Assembly: GCA_943704425.1 (NCBI GenBank)
Contig: CALSCP010000692.1
Span: 75,977 to 111,031 of the forward strand
DNA from: Ministeria vibrans ATCC 50519
Lineage: Eukaryota > Protista > Filasterea
Reading direction: 5' to 3'
DNA: 35,055 nt
In this document: positions 19,313 through 29,909 of the stretch, piece after piece
Position numbering within the stretch: the stretch's first letter is position 1
How the letters are laid out: every line of letters starts with the position of its first letter
The notes under the pieces: model-generated
Databases searched by the model: none
The model's input: only the letters and a program-made list of their open reading frames with translations
What the model was told of the DNA's origin: nothing
Position numbers and translations under genes: made by a program

Positions 19313-19927
19313 TGAGCGAAGAAGAAAAAAAGTATTCTGTGTTTATACTTTACAGTTAAGGGACTTAGGTCTTAGTACTTTATATTCTATTTGAATTCGC
19401 TTCTCGTGGCTCTCACAGTACAATCGTTGCCACCAGACAACGTGGGCCTGCTGTCAGTGCTGTGGCCTGTGGATCTGCATTCTGCAAGGCCCCAGAAAGA
19501 GTTCAAAGGCAGGCAGCCTACCTAAGGACATTGTTGTCCTGCGACTCTATTCTATTGAAGAAGAAGAGGAATACAGCCCATTGATATAATAATTATTTGC
19601 TCTCAGCCTTGAAAGCTTGGCTCAACCTCGGCTCAACCTGTGGCGCGCCTCAAGGGATATCTTCGTGTTCCCACTTCTCATGCGTGCACTACAGGGTGGA
19701 TGGCGGCAACTTAACTGATTTTACCCTCACTCTCTCAGACAGGCAAGAGAACAAAAAGAGATAATTGTTCCTCTGTAATCACACACCTCACACACACACA
19801 CACACACAATAAAAACTGAAAGAGCGCGCCGGATAATTGTCTCAGCAGACTCTAGAATCTAGATTTTCTAGGATGGGTGGTAGGGAGTCGGAGCGAGTAG
19901 CAGATGAAGCTGTAATGGGTCGTGGAT

Positions 19928-19968
19928 TTGCGGGAGTTGCGGGAGTTGCGGGAGTTGCGGGAGTTGCG
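19928..19968. repeat. 9-nt tandem repeat (TTGCGGGAG)x4
   Basis: Seen directly. Confidence 0.85.
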
Positions 19969-19997
19969 TTTGGAGGGAAGGGTTGCCGTTGTCACCG

Positions 19998-20237
19998 TCA
20001 ACGATGGTGAGCTTTCGGTGCCCACATCTTTCTGGGTCTGTTGGGAACGGTCGAGAAGGAGACGTCGGCGAGATTGCGTTGGCAACTCGGGGAGCGCACA
20101 AGAGTGCGAGCGGCTGTTGTCGAACTGTTGTCCTCTGGCGATGATGTCGCGGGCGTTGTGGTGGCCTTGCAAACGCGACTGGGCATGAGACGTGGCAGAC
20201 GCAGTGGTGGCGCGGCAGGCGTGGAATTGGTGGTCAT
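19998..20237 (-). CDS. Possible small hypothetical protein (79 aa, Ser/Thr/Pro-rich)
   Basis: ATG-initiated ORF in a GC-rich island downstream of an AT-rich stretch; no recognisable motif. Confidence 0.25.
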   Translation of the reverse strand: MTTNSTPAAPPLRLPRLMPSRVCKATTTPATSSPEDNSSTTAARTLVRSPSCQRNLADVSFSTVPNRPRKMWAPKAHHR

Positions 20238-20509
20238 TGCCGCTGCGGATGCTGTTGGTGGGTTGGGACTTGATTTCTTTTATTGATAGTACTTATTTTC
20301 TCCTTCTTGATCTTTTGAGTAATTTCTTTGGTGTTTGTCACTTTTCTCATTGTTTTCCTCTTGTTTTCCTATTATTGTTTATTATTATATTTTTTCAATT
20401 GTCCCCTCTATACCTTCTCTCTTTTCCCTCGCTCGATCTCTCCCCTCTCCCTTGGTCAAAATTCAAAAATGTTTTTGTTTTTCGCATTGCGACACCGGTA
20501 TGTGTATGC

Positions 20510-22261
20510 TCAAAAATCCGACACCATGTTTGGCAAGTAGCCATCGGCTTCTCTCTGCTGAACATGACCAGTCGCCGAGTCAATTGGCCACCTTGAGCCT
20601 GCGTGCGTTTCATCCTTATGGCCAGAATACTGCCTGGCGAACGCCTTGTGGTGGTGCGAGTGCGACATTGCGGGACGAGTCGGGGTCGGCGTTGTCCCTC
20701 CCGTGCCAGATTGGCTTTGGTCGGACGCAGGAGTGCTGGGGTACGAGCTCGAGATATACCCCGAATCGTCGGTCTTCATAATATTATGGTGTTCCAGTGC
20801 CCCCACGTGATTGTCTCTGCTTGCGTCAACCTCCTGTACACGTGTCCCATTGTGTGCGCCCTCCTCCTCCTCCTCCTCCTCCTCCTCCTCCTCCATCCTG
20901 CGCAGTTCCTGCTCCTTTTGTTGCTGTCGCTTATCCCTCGCGTCCAAAAAGCCGTCATAGCCCAGCTGCACTTGTATATTGGCAGCCATGGCGGGCGCAA
21001 GAGCAAGAGAGAAGACAAGGAACTTGATGGTGGCAAAATGCTTGTCCTTGGCGAGTCGCTCGACAATGGGGTTCTGGAAGAAGATCATGCCCGCCTCACC
21101 GAGCGAGGCACACAGCAGGAACGCCATTGCGCTCCAGCACCAATGCTTCAGCGTCTTCTCGTCTTCCGTGCGATAGTTGGTCCGTGCCGCCTGCAGCAGG
21201 AGCCGTTGGTTATACTTGTGAACAGATTGGCGGACTTCAAAGCAGTTCCACAGGATCAAAGCGCCCTCAAGGGTGATGCGGACAATCCACTTGGTGGAAA
21301 TTATGTCCTCCTCAACCAGTGCAAGGAAGACGTTTAAAAGAATGCAGGCAACCTTACGAACCACCGACCACACGGGGATGTATGTCGCTCGTGGCGCATC
21401 TGCCGCGTGTATCGTCTCTGTCAGAGACTCTGCCGTGTTGATGGTGTTGGTGCCTGTCTCGTTCTCTGCCACACCGACAGACGATTGAGAGAAGCAGCGT
21501 TCGAGTGCGTGAACGCAGGCCATGATAAGAGCGGGGAATGTTGAGCACATGAGGGCAGCTGGGATTTGCCAGAAGAAGACGAGAGAAAAGTCAATCTCCG
21601 TGTCAGGTTCTGGGCCAGCAGAGCGCCGTGCGGGTGGCCCGAGGCCTGTGCCATTTGTTGGGGTTGCGTGGTGCTCCTCGCGTGTCTCGTGAAAGTTGCG
21701 GGCCACCAGGAGTTGGATGATAAGCAAGACCCAGCCCACAATATGCAACAATGCACAGTAGGCGGTGGTCGAGAGCACGCGCTTCAGTGTGAGATGGCGC
21801 TCAACCTTGAAAGCTATCCATGCGCACGGAACAACAAATGTGGTGGCCAGCAGAGGAACGGCCGCCTCGGTGTACTTGTGCAACCAAATGAGCGAGGTGA
21901 TCCGCTCCATTGATTGATCAAGGGTGCGACGGTCGACGTAGGAGCGCAGGCCGTAGAGGGACATAACAACGCCGGCAAAGGGGAGGAGGGTGAAGAAGAC
22001 GGTGTGCGCCAAAGGAGCTCTTTGGCGCTCTTCTGGATGGCGGCAGCTCATGTGCACGTGGAAGAAGAAGCAGAATGTCACAGCAATGGCGGCAATCAAG
22101 AGCTCGAAAGCGTGCTTGGTCATGAATGTCACTTCAGCGTCCGTTTCGTCTGGTTCGACCGGTAACGATGCAGCCAATACGCCGAAGCAAATGGGCCAGC
22201 ATGATGACAAGACGAGGAGAAGGAGGGTCATGGCAAGTTGGAAGGTGCCACAGTGAGGCAT
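20510..22261 (-). CDS. Intronless orphan multi-pass membrane protein (~10 hydrophobic segments, N-terminal signal-like segment, acidic C-tail)
   Basis: Open frame of >1.7 kb with first ATG at 22261. Multiple ~20-aa hydrophobic stretches and a poly-E tail. Family not recognised. Confidence 0.7.
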   Translation of the reverse strand: MPHCGTFQLAMTLLLLVLSSCWPICFGVLAASLPVEPDETDAEVTFMTKHAFELLIAAIAVTFCFFFHVHMSCRHPEERQRAPLAHTVFFTLLPFAGVVMSLYGLRSYVDRRTLDQSMERITSLIWLHKYTEAAVPLLATTFVVPCAWIAFKVERHLTLKRVLSTTAYCALLHIVGWVLLIIQLLVARNFHETREEHHATPTNGTGLGPPARRSAGPEPDTEIDFSLVFFWQIPAALMCSTFPALIMACVHALERCFSQSSVGVAENETGTNTINTAESLTETIHAADAPRATYIPVWSVVRKVACILLNVFLALVEEDIISTKWIVRITLEGALILWNCFEVRQSVHKYNQRLLLQAARTNYRTEDEKTLKHWCWSAMAFLLCASLGEAGMIFFQNPIVERLAKDKHFATIKFLVFSLALAPAMAANIQVQLGYDGFLDARDKRQQQKEQELRRMEEEEEEEEEEEGAHNGTRVQEVDASRDNHVGALEHHNIMKTDDSGYISSSYPSTPASDQSQSGTGGTTPTPTRPAMSHSHHHKAFARQYSGHKDETHAGSRWPIDSATGHVQQREADGYLPNMVSDF

Positions 22262-22916
22262 TTGGAGGAGGGACAGCGTGTTGGGAAGAGGTGCAAATTT
22301 ACTGACAGTTGAGCCTAAATGGAGCGATGACGAAATGCCCAATTTTACGATTGATTTGACACTCACTGGCGTATGCGTCCGCTATTTTGTATCGTCAAGG
22401 CGCATCGTCCCAAGCAGTACATAGTAACGTGTATGTGGCAACTGAGCGCATGCCTGGCGACTATTATCGATCGCTCGCTTGTTTCATTTTTGAACTTGTC
22501 GAAATTATTTGGTCGAAAATATTGTATATATAGGTCGAATTCAATTACACTCTTGTTTCCCTCTCAGCATTGTACTTCGTACACACTCACTGCACTGTCT
22601 CTTTTAGACAGACTTTTCACTTTAGTACATCGGCATTGAAGCCAAAACAATCAGTCTCTGAGAATACAAAAGAAAAAGTGGCGATCAGTATATACCGGCG
22701 GAGTCACTCGCCGTTAGACACTGACTGATTGCGAAGCAGATGGTACATTGAGTGTAACACACACTTAGCATATGATCTGGCAGAACACACTTTGCTGCGC
22801 ATCTCGTTGTCTTGACTTTGTTTTGGGTATATACTGCTTACAATATACTGCTTACGATTCATTTCTTCTCTTGGTCCTCTCGTCATACACACACACACAC
22901 ACACACACACAAATGT

Positions 22917-25181
22917 TCATTCAGCATCGTCAGCAGGTACATCGAGAGGTACATAGTCCTCCCAGCCGGTGGGGGTGTTGTCAACATACGACGAGTACGT
23001 GGGGTGGTAGAAATGGTCGTGGACAAAGTCGCGGGTGTTCGGGGGACGGGGCACATAGGCGGCGATGCCTTGCGCATATGCATAGTCGACGATGGCAATG
23101 GCAATCTCCTCGCTGCATTCGCGGATGCGGTGGAGACGCGGGTAGACGCAGCCGACGGTAAGATCGTCGGGGTTGGTGAGCTCGGAGAGGCGTTCGGCGG
23201 CAATGAGAAAGCACTCTTCGGGAACACGTGACGCCTCGGCAAGGATAATGCCAAGGCCGACGCCCGGAAAGATGAAGGCGTTGTTGCCCTGGCCCGGGAC
23301 GTGCTGCTGACCGTCGATGGTTACAGGCGCAAAGGGGGAGCCGGAGGCAAAAATGCAGCGGCCCTTGGTGTGGGTGTACGCGTGCTCGGCAGAGCACTCG
23401 GCCTTGGACGTGGGGTTGCTCAGGGCAAAGATGGTAGGCTCGTCGCAGTGCAGCATGGCCTCACACACCTCCTGCGTAAATACGCCCGGCTGTGCCGACG
23501 CCCCAATAAGCACCGTGGGCTTAAGCGTGCGCACCATCTCTGCAATGTCTTTGGTCTCGCTCCCTTCATGTGCAAAGCGGCCCTTCTGCGCGTTGATTCC
23601 GCCTGTGCTGCGGCCCTTCACAACCAGTCCCTTGGAGTCCACCAGGAAGATTCGGCTGCGAATTTCCTTCTCGCTCACCCCATTTCGCGTCATCGCATGC
23701 AACACAATCAGCTCCGCAATGCCCAGCGACGCAGATCCTGCTCCAACAAACTACAAGCGAATAATATTGAGTAAAATCTCACCTCTCATAAAGTCCGTCT
23801 CATAGAATACGTCTCTCACTCTCTCCTTGCTCTGTCACTTTGTTTCTTTCTTCCCTCACTTTGGTTTTTTCTCCCTCCTAATTTTCTCTATCACTTTGTG
23901 TTCCCCCCTCCCTCCTTCCTCTTTCTTTCACACCGTGTCGTACCAAAAAGGTGTTGTCGGCAAGAGGCACATTGCGCTTGCGGCTGGCGGAGAGAATACC
24001 GGCAAGGGCGACGGATGCAGTACCCTGAATGTCATCGTTGAAGGTGCATGCCTCGTGGCGGTACCGCTCAAGCAGTGGAAACGCATTAGCATTGCCAAAG
24101 TCCTCAAACTGAATGAGAACGTTGGCGCCAAAGCGGTGGCGAGCGCTCGTGACAAACTCGTCAAGAAGGTCCTGGTACTGCTGGCCACGGATGCGACGCT
24201 GGCGCAAGCCAATGTACGCCGGGTCAGCAAGTAGCTTGGTGTTCTCTGTGCCTACGTCAAGCTGGATGGGCAGACAGTGGTGCGGGCGCACTCCTCCGCA
24301 CGCCACGTACAAACTCAGCTTGCCAATCGGAATTCCCATTCCGCAGCTCCCCAGGTCTCCCAACCCCAGAATGCGCTCGCCGTCTGTCACGACAATCACA
24401 CGCACGTTGGGTTCGGGCCAGTTCTTCATGATGTCATTCATGCGACCCTGGTCACGCGACGACAGAAACAGCCCGCGAGGACGACGAAGCACATGGTGGT
24501 AGTTCAAGCACGACTGCAAAAGAGGAAAGGAAAGAGGAGGTTACAAAGAAGCATGGTGATGAGACGGGGCTCACCTGGCCGACTGTTGGAGTGTACACCA
24601 GCGGCATCATCTCCTCAATGTGGGTCACAAGGACTCTGTAGAACAGTGTCTCGTTGCGGTCCTGCAGCCCCATCAAATAAATGTATCGCTCCAGATCTGA
24701 CGTCTTGGCGCGGACCGTATCCACTGCCATTTTCACTTGAAGCTCCTATGAATGAATGGTATTATTGCACACAACAAAGGGTTTAGCTCTCGCCATACCA
24801 TGCTCATCACACAGGCTGGCATGAGACCATGGATACACAACGCTTGGCGCTCTTGAATCGAAGTGGCGTAACCCCTAGAAGGAGAACAGAGTGGGACAAT
24901 TATCAGCACAAAAAAAAGAGAGCGAGAGAGAGTAAGAGACACTCTGTGCTCCGTGTCTCAGACGCAAGCAGTGCGTACTTGTTGTATTTGCCCTCGCGCA
25001 AGACCTCGCTGCCGCTGAGCACCGTGCGGCCAAAGGGCGTCGTGTGGCGGTCCGGCTTGGCACCTGACGACGCAGGCGCACGCCACGACCAACCAGAGCT
25101 GGTCTCGCGCGGCAGCGTCAAGCTGTTCTCGCCAGACGCATCGTTGCTTGTCTCCCGCGAAATGTTGTGCAGCTCTGACAT
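22917..25181 (-). CDS. ME1: Malic enzyme (NAD(P)-dependent, decarboxylating), 5 exons
   Basis: YNK|[106 protein letters not shown]. Cofactor specificity and paralog identity were not determined. Confidence 0.96.
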
Positions 25182-25345
25182 GGTTTGGTGTTGGAGGAGA
25201 GAAAAAGGACAGGAAAGTGTGAGATTGAGAATGATCAATGATGATCATCTCCTTGAGAAAAAATATAATATTATCACGCTCGGGATTGACGATTCACGCG
25301 AAAGTCTAAAATCAATCGATTTCATTCCGCTTCTCTCGCTACACT

Positions 25346-26291
25346 ATGGACACCGGTGGTCCAGTTCCTATGCCACTAGCCGCAATGGAAACGGCGGTGC
25401 CGCTGTGGGCGAGCGAGAGTCTTGTGCCCACAGTCATTCCCTTCGTCCCCGACTCCAACGCGACAGTGTATCCTCCCAATCCGGCGCTGCTGGGACGCGA
25501 CTTCTCCTTTACTATCACCTATCTGATGTGCGCAATCACCGCCGTGGTCCTCTTTGTCAAGTAAGAGTGCGGCATGCTCGCTAACCCGTCTGCTCGCCAC
25601 ACCGCACTCCCTACACTCCCCACGCGCTTCTTGTGCGCACCAACACAGTCTATGTGGACCCTTTACTCATATTTTGAGTTTGATGCTGCTCTATCTCCGG
25701 CGACAGTGGCGCTTCGAGCGTGGTAATTCACACTCACACATTGTCGATCTTTCCTTCTTCCCTTAGATCACTGTTGTCGCCGATGAGCCATTCGAAGCAG
25801 CATCAGACACAACGGATGTTTTTAGCACTCACCTTTGTGCAAACCATTGTGCGCTGCGTGTTCTTTCTGGTTGCCTCACTTGCGGAGTTGAACACTCCGC
25901 TGCGCGTCAACAGTGTTGCACTGAATGTGATTGCCTCGCTCCCGACCGTCCTCTACTTCACCATGTTTTCCATTCTTCTGTACCACTGGGTCACCCTCTA
26001 CCACTTTGCTTACAGCTCCCGCCGCGCCAGCATTGCCGTGCGCACTCTCATCGTCCTGCTCAATGTCCTCTTCTACGCCGATGCCGTTGCCTTTTATGTC
26101 ATCACCTATGCGAGCCCCGTTGCCTCAGACTACAGCCAGATCATCTACTTCTCTTCATTGGGTATCTAATTTACTTGAGAGAGAGAGAGAGGAGGGAGAA
26201 AGAAAGAGAGTGATAGAGAGAGAGAGAGAGAGAGGAGAGAGAAAGAAAGAAAGTGATAGAGAGTTTGAGAGAGAGAGACCGAGAGAGAGAC

Positions 26292-26326
<35 letters not shown>

Positions 26327-27062
26327 CAGAGAGACAGAGAGAGACAGAGAGACAGAGAGAGAGAAAGGAGAAAGAAACAAAGTGATAGAGTGAGAGAGGG
26401 GAGAAAAAACCAGGGTGATAGAAAGAGAGGAAAGAATCAAAGGGATAGAGTGAAAGAAGGGGGAGAGAAACAAAGTGGTAGAGTGAAAGAAGGGAGAAAG
26501 AAACAAAGTGATAGAAACAGCGATAGGGCTAACACCGCCTTGTAGGAACCTTTTCTCTTGTTCTTGCACTATTCTTTGCATTTTATGGGTTCCGGCTGTA
26601 TCGTGCCTTTCGGCACGTTTCCATTCGAGCCGGACCGCGCAAGAGCATTGCAGTGACTCGGGTAAGAGTGAAAAATAGATGAAACAAGAGCACGCCCAGT
26701 CTCTCATTTTTGTGCCTTCTTTCTGTGCACAGGTGGGTCTTGTGGCGTGCGTGTGTGTTGTGTGCTTTGTCGTGCGAGGGGTCATTCTAATTGTCGATCG
26801 TGCGGGCATAGACCAGTTCACCGTCTTTATTGTCTACTTTCTCTGCTCTGAGATTGTGCCGACCATTGTCATGCTCATCGTCTTCAACGACGTCCCCAAG
26901 AACCTGGCCGTCGCCGCTGACCGCCGCACCGACTCCCTTCTTTCCGGCCCCATCAACGAGTCCAACGAGTCTGAGGCGCTTCTTGCTCGCCAGCAGTACA
27001 TCCGCCGCTCTCGTCCGCCCATCGAAGTCACCCCCATCTACTACGACAAACTCATCGAATAG
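25346..27062 (+). CDS. 7TM protein of the TOM1/THH1 (DUF1084)/GPR137-like family, 4 exons
   Basis: TQRMFLALTFVQTIVRCVFF, SLPTVLYFTMFSILLYHWVTLYH, FAFYGFRLY, VGLVACVCVVCFVVRG, VYFLCSEIVPT. Dileucine-like motifs in the tail (TDSLL, ESEALL). Confidence 0.85.
26178..26525. repeat. Intronic (GA)n/(GAGACA)n repeat with AAAGTGATAGA motifs
   Basis: Seen directly. Confidence 0.85.
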
Positions 27063-27186
27063 CTTTCCGTTTGTTTGCTTTGTACCACTATTAGTTTGGG
27101 GGGTTTCTTCTCACTGTATCTTATTATTGCAACTGCCGCACATTAATTATATTTATTATTCTTTTTATTATTATTGTATTTTTGAA

Positions 27187-28775
27187 TTAGAAACTGAAAA
27201 AGGAGCCAGAGGGAGTAGGCTCGTCGTCAAGGGGAGGTGGCTGCTTGGCCATCATGGCAAAGGGCGCTGGCTCGTGCACCAATGTTGCTGCACCTGGTGC
27301 GTGAGGGGTCGTGGGCGAGCACGCGGGTGGTGGTGTCGGCGGAGGGGCACCCTGGGTGGGGCTCATCCGCATAGGGGTGGGTAGGGCCCGACGATGTGCT
27401 ACAGTGCGCATGGCTGTAGGTGTTAGCGCAGGGGAAAGTGGCGGTGGGTGAGAAGAAGCAGATGGAGAAGCGTCCACCGTCGTGCTCTTCTTGCCTGCTA
27501 CAACAGTAGGTCTGAGTGATATTGCTAAGGAAATAGCTTCTTTTTTACCACCAATAAATTCAGGTGGAGTGCTGCGCATCACTTCAGTCGGCTTGGATGG
27601 AGTCGCTGTTTCCGACAGCGAGTATTCGCTGGCAGATTTTTCTGCAATAGGTTTCATCTCGACCTGAAAAGTCTCTTCTTTTTCGACTCACCCATTGGTT
27701 TCTCAGGGCTCATTCGCAACTCAGACGATTCAAGACTCAACTCTGTAAGACGTTTGCTTGTCGTCTCGTTGCCTTCTTCCTCCATGTGTGGTGGAGCAAC
27801 CTACATATAATATGACGTATTTACTTCACATTACTATTATAATTAAGACCGTCATTTCCAACTTACTTTTAGGATTTGCATCTCTTGAGCGCCCTCCTCC
27901 TTCTCCTCCTCCCTTTCCTCCTCCTTCTCCTCCTCCTCCTCCTCCTCCTCCTCTACTCCATCCATTGGTTCACTTACCATCACGTGTTCAACAAACTCCT
28001 GACATTCGCGCTCCAGTTGTCGAACTATTGGCGGGAAAAACCATAAATGAATTATTTCGCGCCACTATTCTCTCAGAGACCTACCACGTTCAACAGTCTC
28101 ATCCAGCACCTTTGTCGCCTCTACAAGGGCTTCCTCTTTGGGCAGCCCGCCGAAAAACTCCTTCTCTTGCTGGCTCATTGCGCAGATGGCATCGTCACGT
28201 TCCTTCAACATGGCTCTGACAAAAACGAACGTTATCGTGAGATTTTTTCTCTCTCGCGCACATCTCACCGTTCCTGCTCCATTTCTTTGCCACGTGTGGC
28301 CTCACATTGCTTGAGGCTTTCACATCGCTCCTCCGCCATACGAATCGTGGAAGGAAAGCTACGAAAAGGAGGAAACCCGATTCTAAGCGTTGTCCGGGGT
28401 GGTGACAGTGCGGCCTTCATGTGCTTTGGGGATGCCCCGCCACCACGTGTATCCTCATGTAGGCACACATATATACCTTTCCAACGACGCGCTGACTATG
28501 GTCTTGGTGCTGTTTAGCTTGGCGCACGCCTCAGTCTCTTGTCGAAGTTTCGCTTGAAGCGCGTCTCGTTTGGCAACACTCGACGCAACCGCTGCGCGAG
28601 CGTCCTCCAATCGCTGTTCTGCACTGTTGACCTGTGTTTTCAACGTCCGGCTTTCTATTATTGAAAACCGGACAGGCGTGCGGGTGAGAACGAGAATGTG
28701 CGCAACGAAGTGGTCAGGACCTTTTTGCAGAGCCTGCATGCGGCTCTCCATGTCCATCAGATTCAACGAGGTCAT
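27187..28775 (-). CDS. Uncharacterised protein: N-terminal coiled coil, poly-E, disordered C-terminus (3' end ambiguous, 27654 or 27187)
   Basis: GT-AG exons chain MTSLNLMDMESRMQALQK|ESRTLKTQVNSAEQRLEDARAA..|..MAEERCESLKQ..|..VRQLERECQEFVEHVM..EEEE..QILK|VAPPHMEEE. A frame discontinuity occurs near 27654-27690. Confidence 0.65.
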
Positions 28776-29130
28776 AGCGTATGATAATGAAAAGAGTAAT
28801 TAATGTAGCGAGGGACGAGTGACGGTGTGTGAACGAAGTTGGGTGGAAAAGTGAAAGGGTGAAAACGAGTGATCCGTTTAAAAGAAGAGTAATGACTAAA
28901 AATTAATGCATATAATATCTTCTTCTAATGCATATCGAATTATTGTCGATAATCTTGTCATCTTAAGTGACAAGTATCGAGAGTCGAGAGTCGAGATCTC
29001 AGAGCTGTCAGTTGAGAGTTTAGCGAAGCCGCCGAAGCGGACGTATCCAGAACATATGAAACTGATTGAAAAAGAGAAGTGATCCAAGTGAAATTAATTA
29101 TTATTATTTCTTTTCTATTCACTTCCCAAC

Positions 29131-29709
29131 ATGTCCATGGAATTGCAACGGGTATGCTTTCTATGCTACTGATGAGCGAGACATATTGTGTGTGATTGCG
29201 TCTTTCTTGTTCCCATATTCCGTTTTTTTTTTCGCTTTCCACACACCCACACTCATGCTCTCTCGTCCTCTCTCACGTTCATCCATACCATTCACATGGG
29301 CATGTGGCTACGTAGGCGCTGGCCGAGTCGCAGGACAAGCTCTTTACGATCCGCAAGGAGGCAAACATGTTCGCATTGATGGAACACTCTAAGAAAACCG
29401 AAGCGAAGCAGGCGCAGGATGGCCTGGAGACGCTGTCGAAGCTCCAGGACGGCGCGGAAGTCTTCAAACCCGTCGGCAAAATGTATGTCTTGGATGGATG
29501 TGTCTCGTTTTTCACTCTTGTCGTTTCTGCGTGACAGGTTTTCATTAATGAGCACGGCCGAGATGAAGGCTGATCTGGAGGCCAGCAATGCCAAGCTGCA
29601 GGAGGCGGCAACGGGGCTGAAGCGGCACAAGATCAAGGCGGATCTGCAGTATAAGGAAGAGGAGGATCACTTCAAGGAGCTGATGCGGTCTGCCAATGTG
29701 CAACACTAG
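29131..29709 (+). CDS. PFDN1: Prefoldin subunit 1 (beta-type), 3 exons
   Basis: MSMELQR|ALAESQDKLFTIRKE..TLSKLQDGAEVFKPVGKM|FSLMSTAEMKADL..KEEEDHFKELMRS. Shows the VG(K/R)MF hairpin motif and a C-terminal E-x-x-(I/F)(R/K)E(M/L) motif like PFDN1. Confidence 0.85.
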
Positions 29710-29909
29710 AGCTGCAATTGTGTATTAAAACCTTCTATATCACTATTACCAGAGCGCCACTTGACGATACGGACCAATGGTCTATGATGAGCTCACAATG
29801 ACTCATTAATTAATTACGTCTTAATTCTTATTAGTTTTAGAACCTTTAGAGTTTAGTGAGTGACTGAGTAGTCACTCTTTTATACTTTTCCTTTTTATTC
29901 TTTCGTGTC

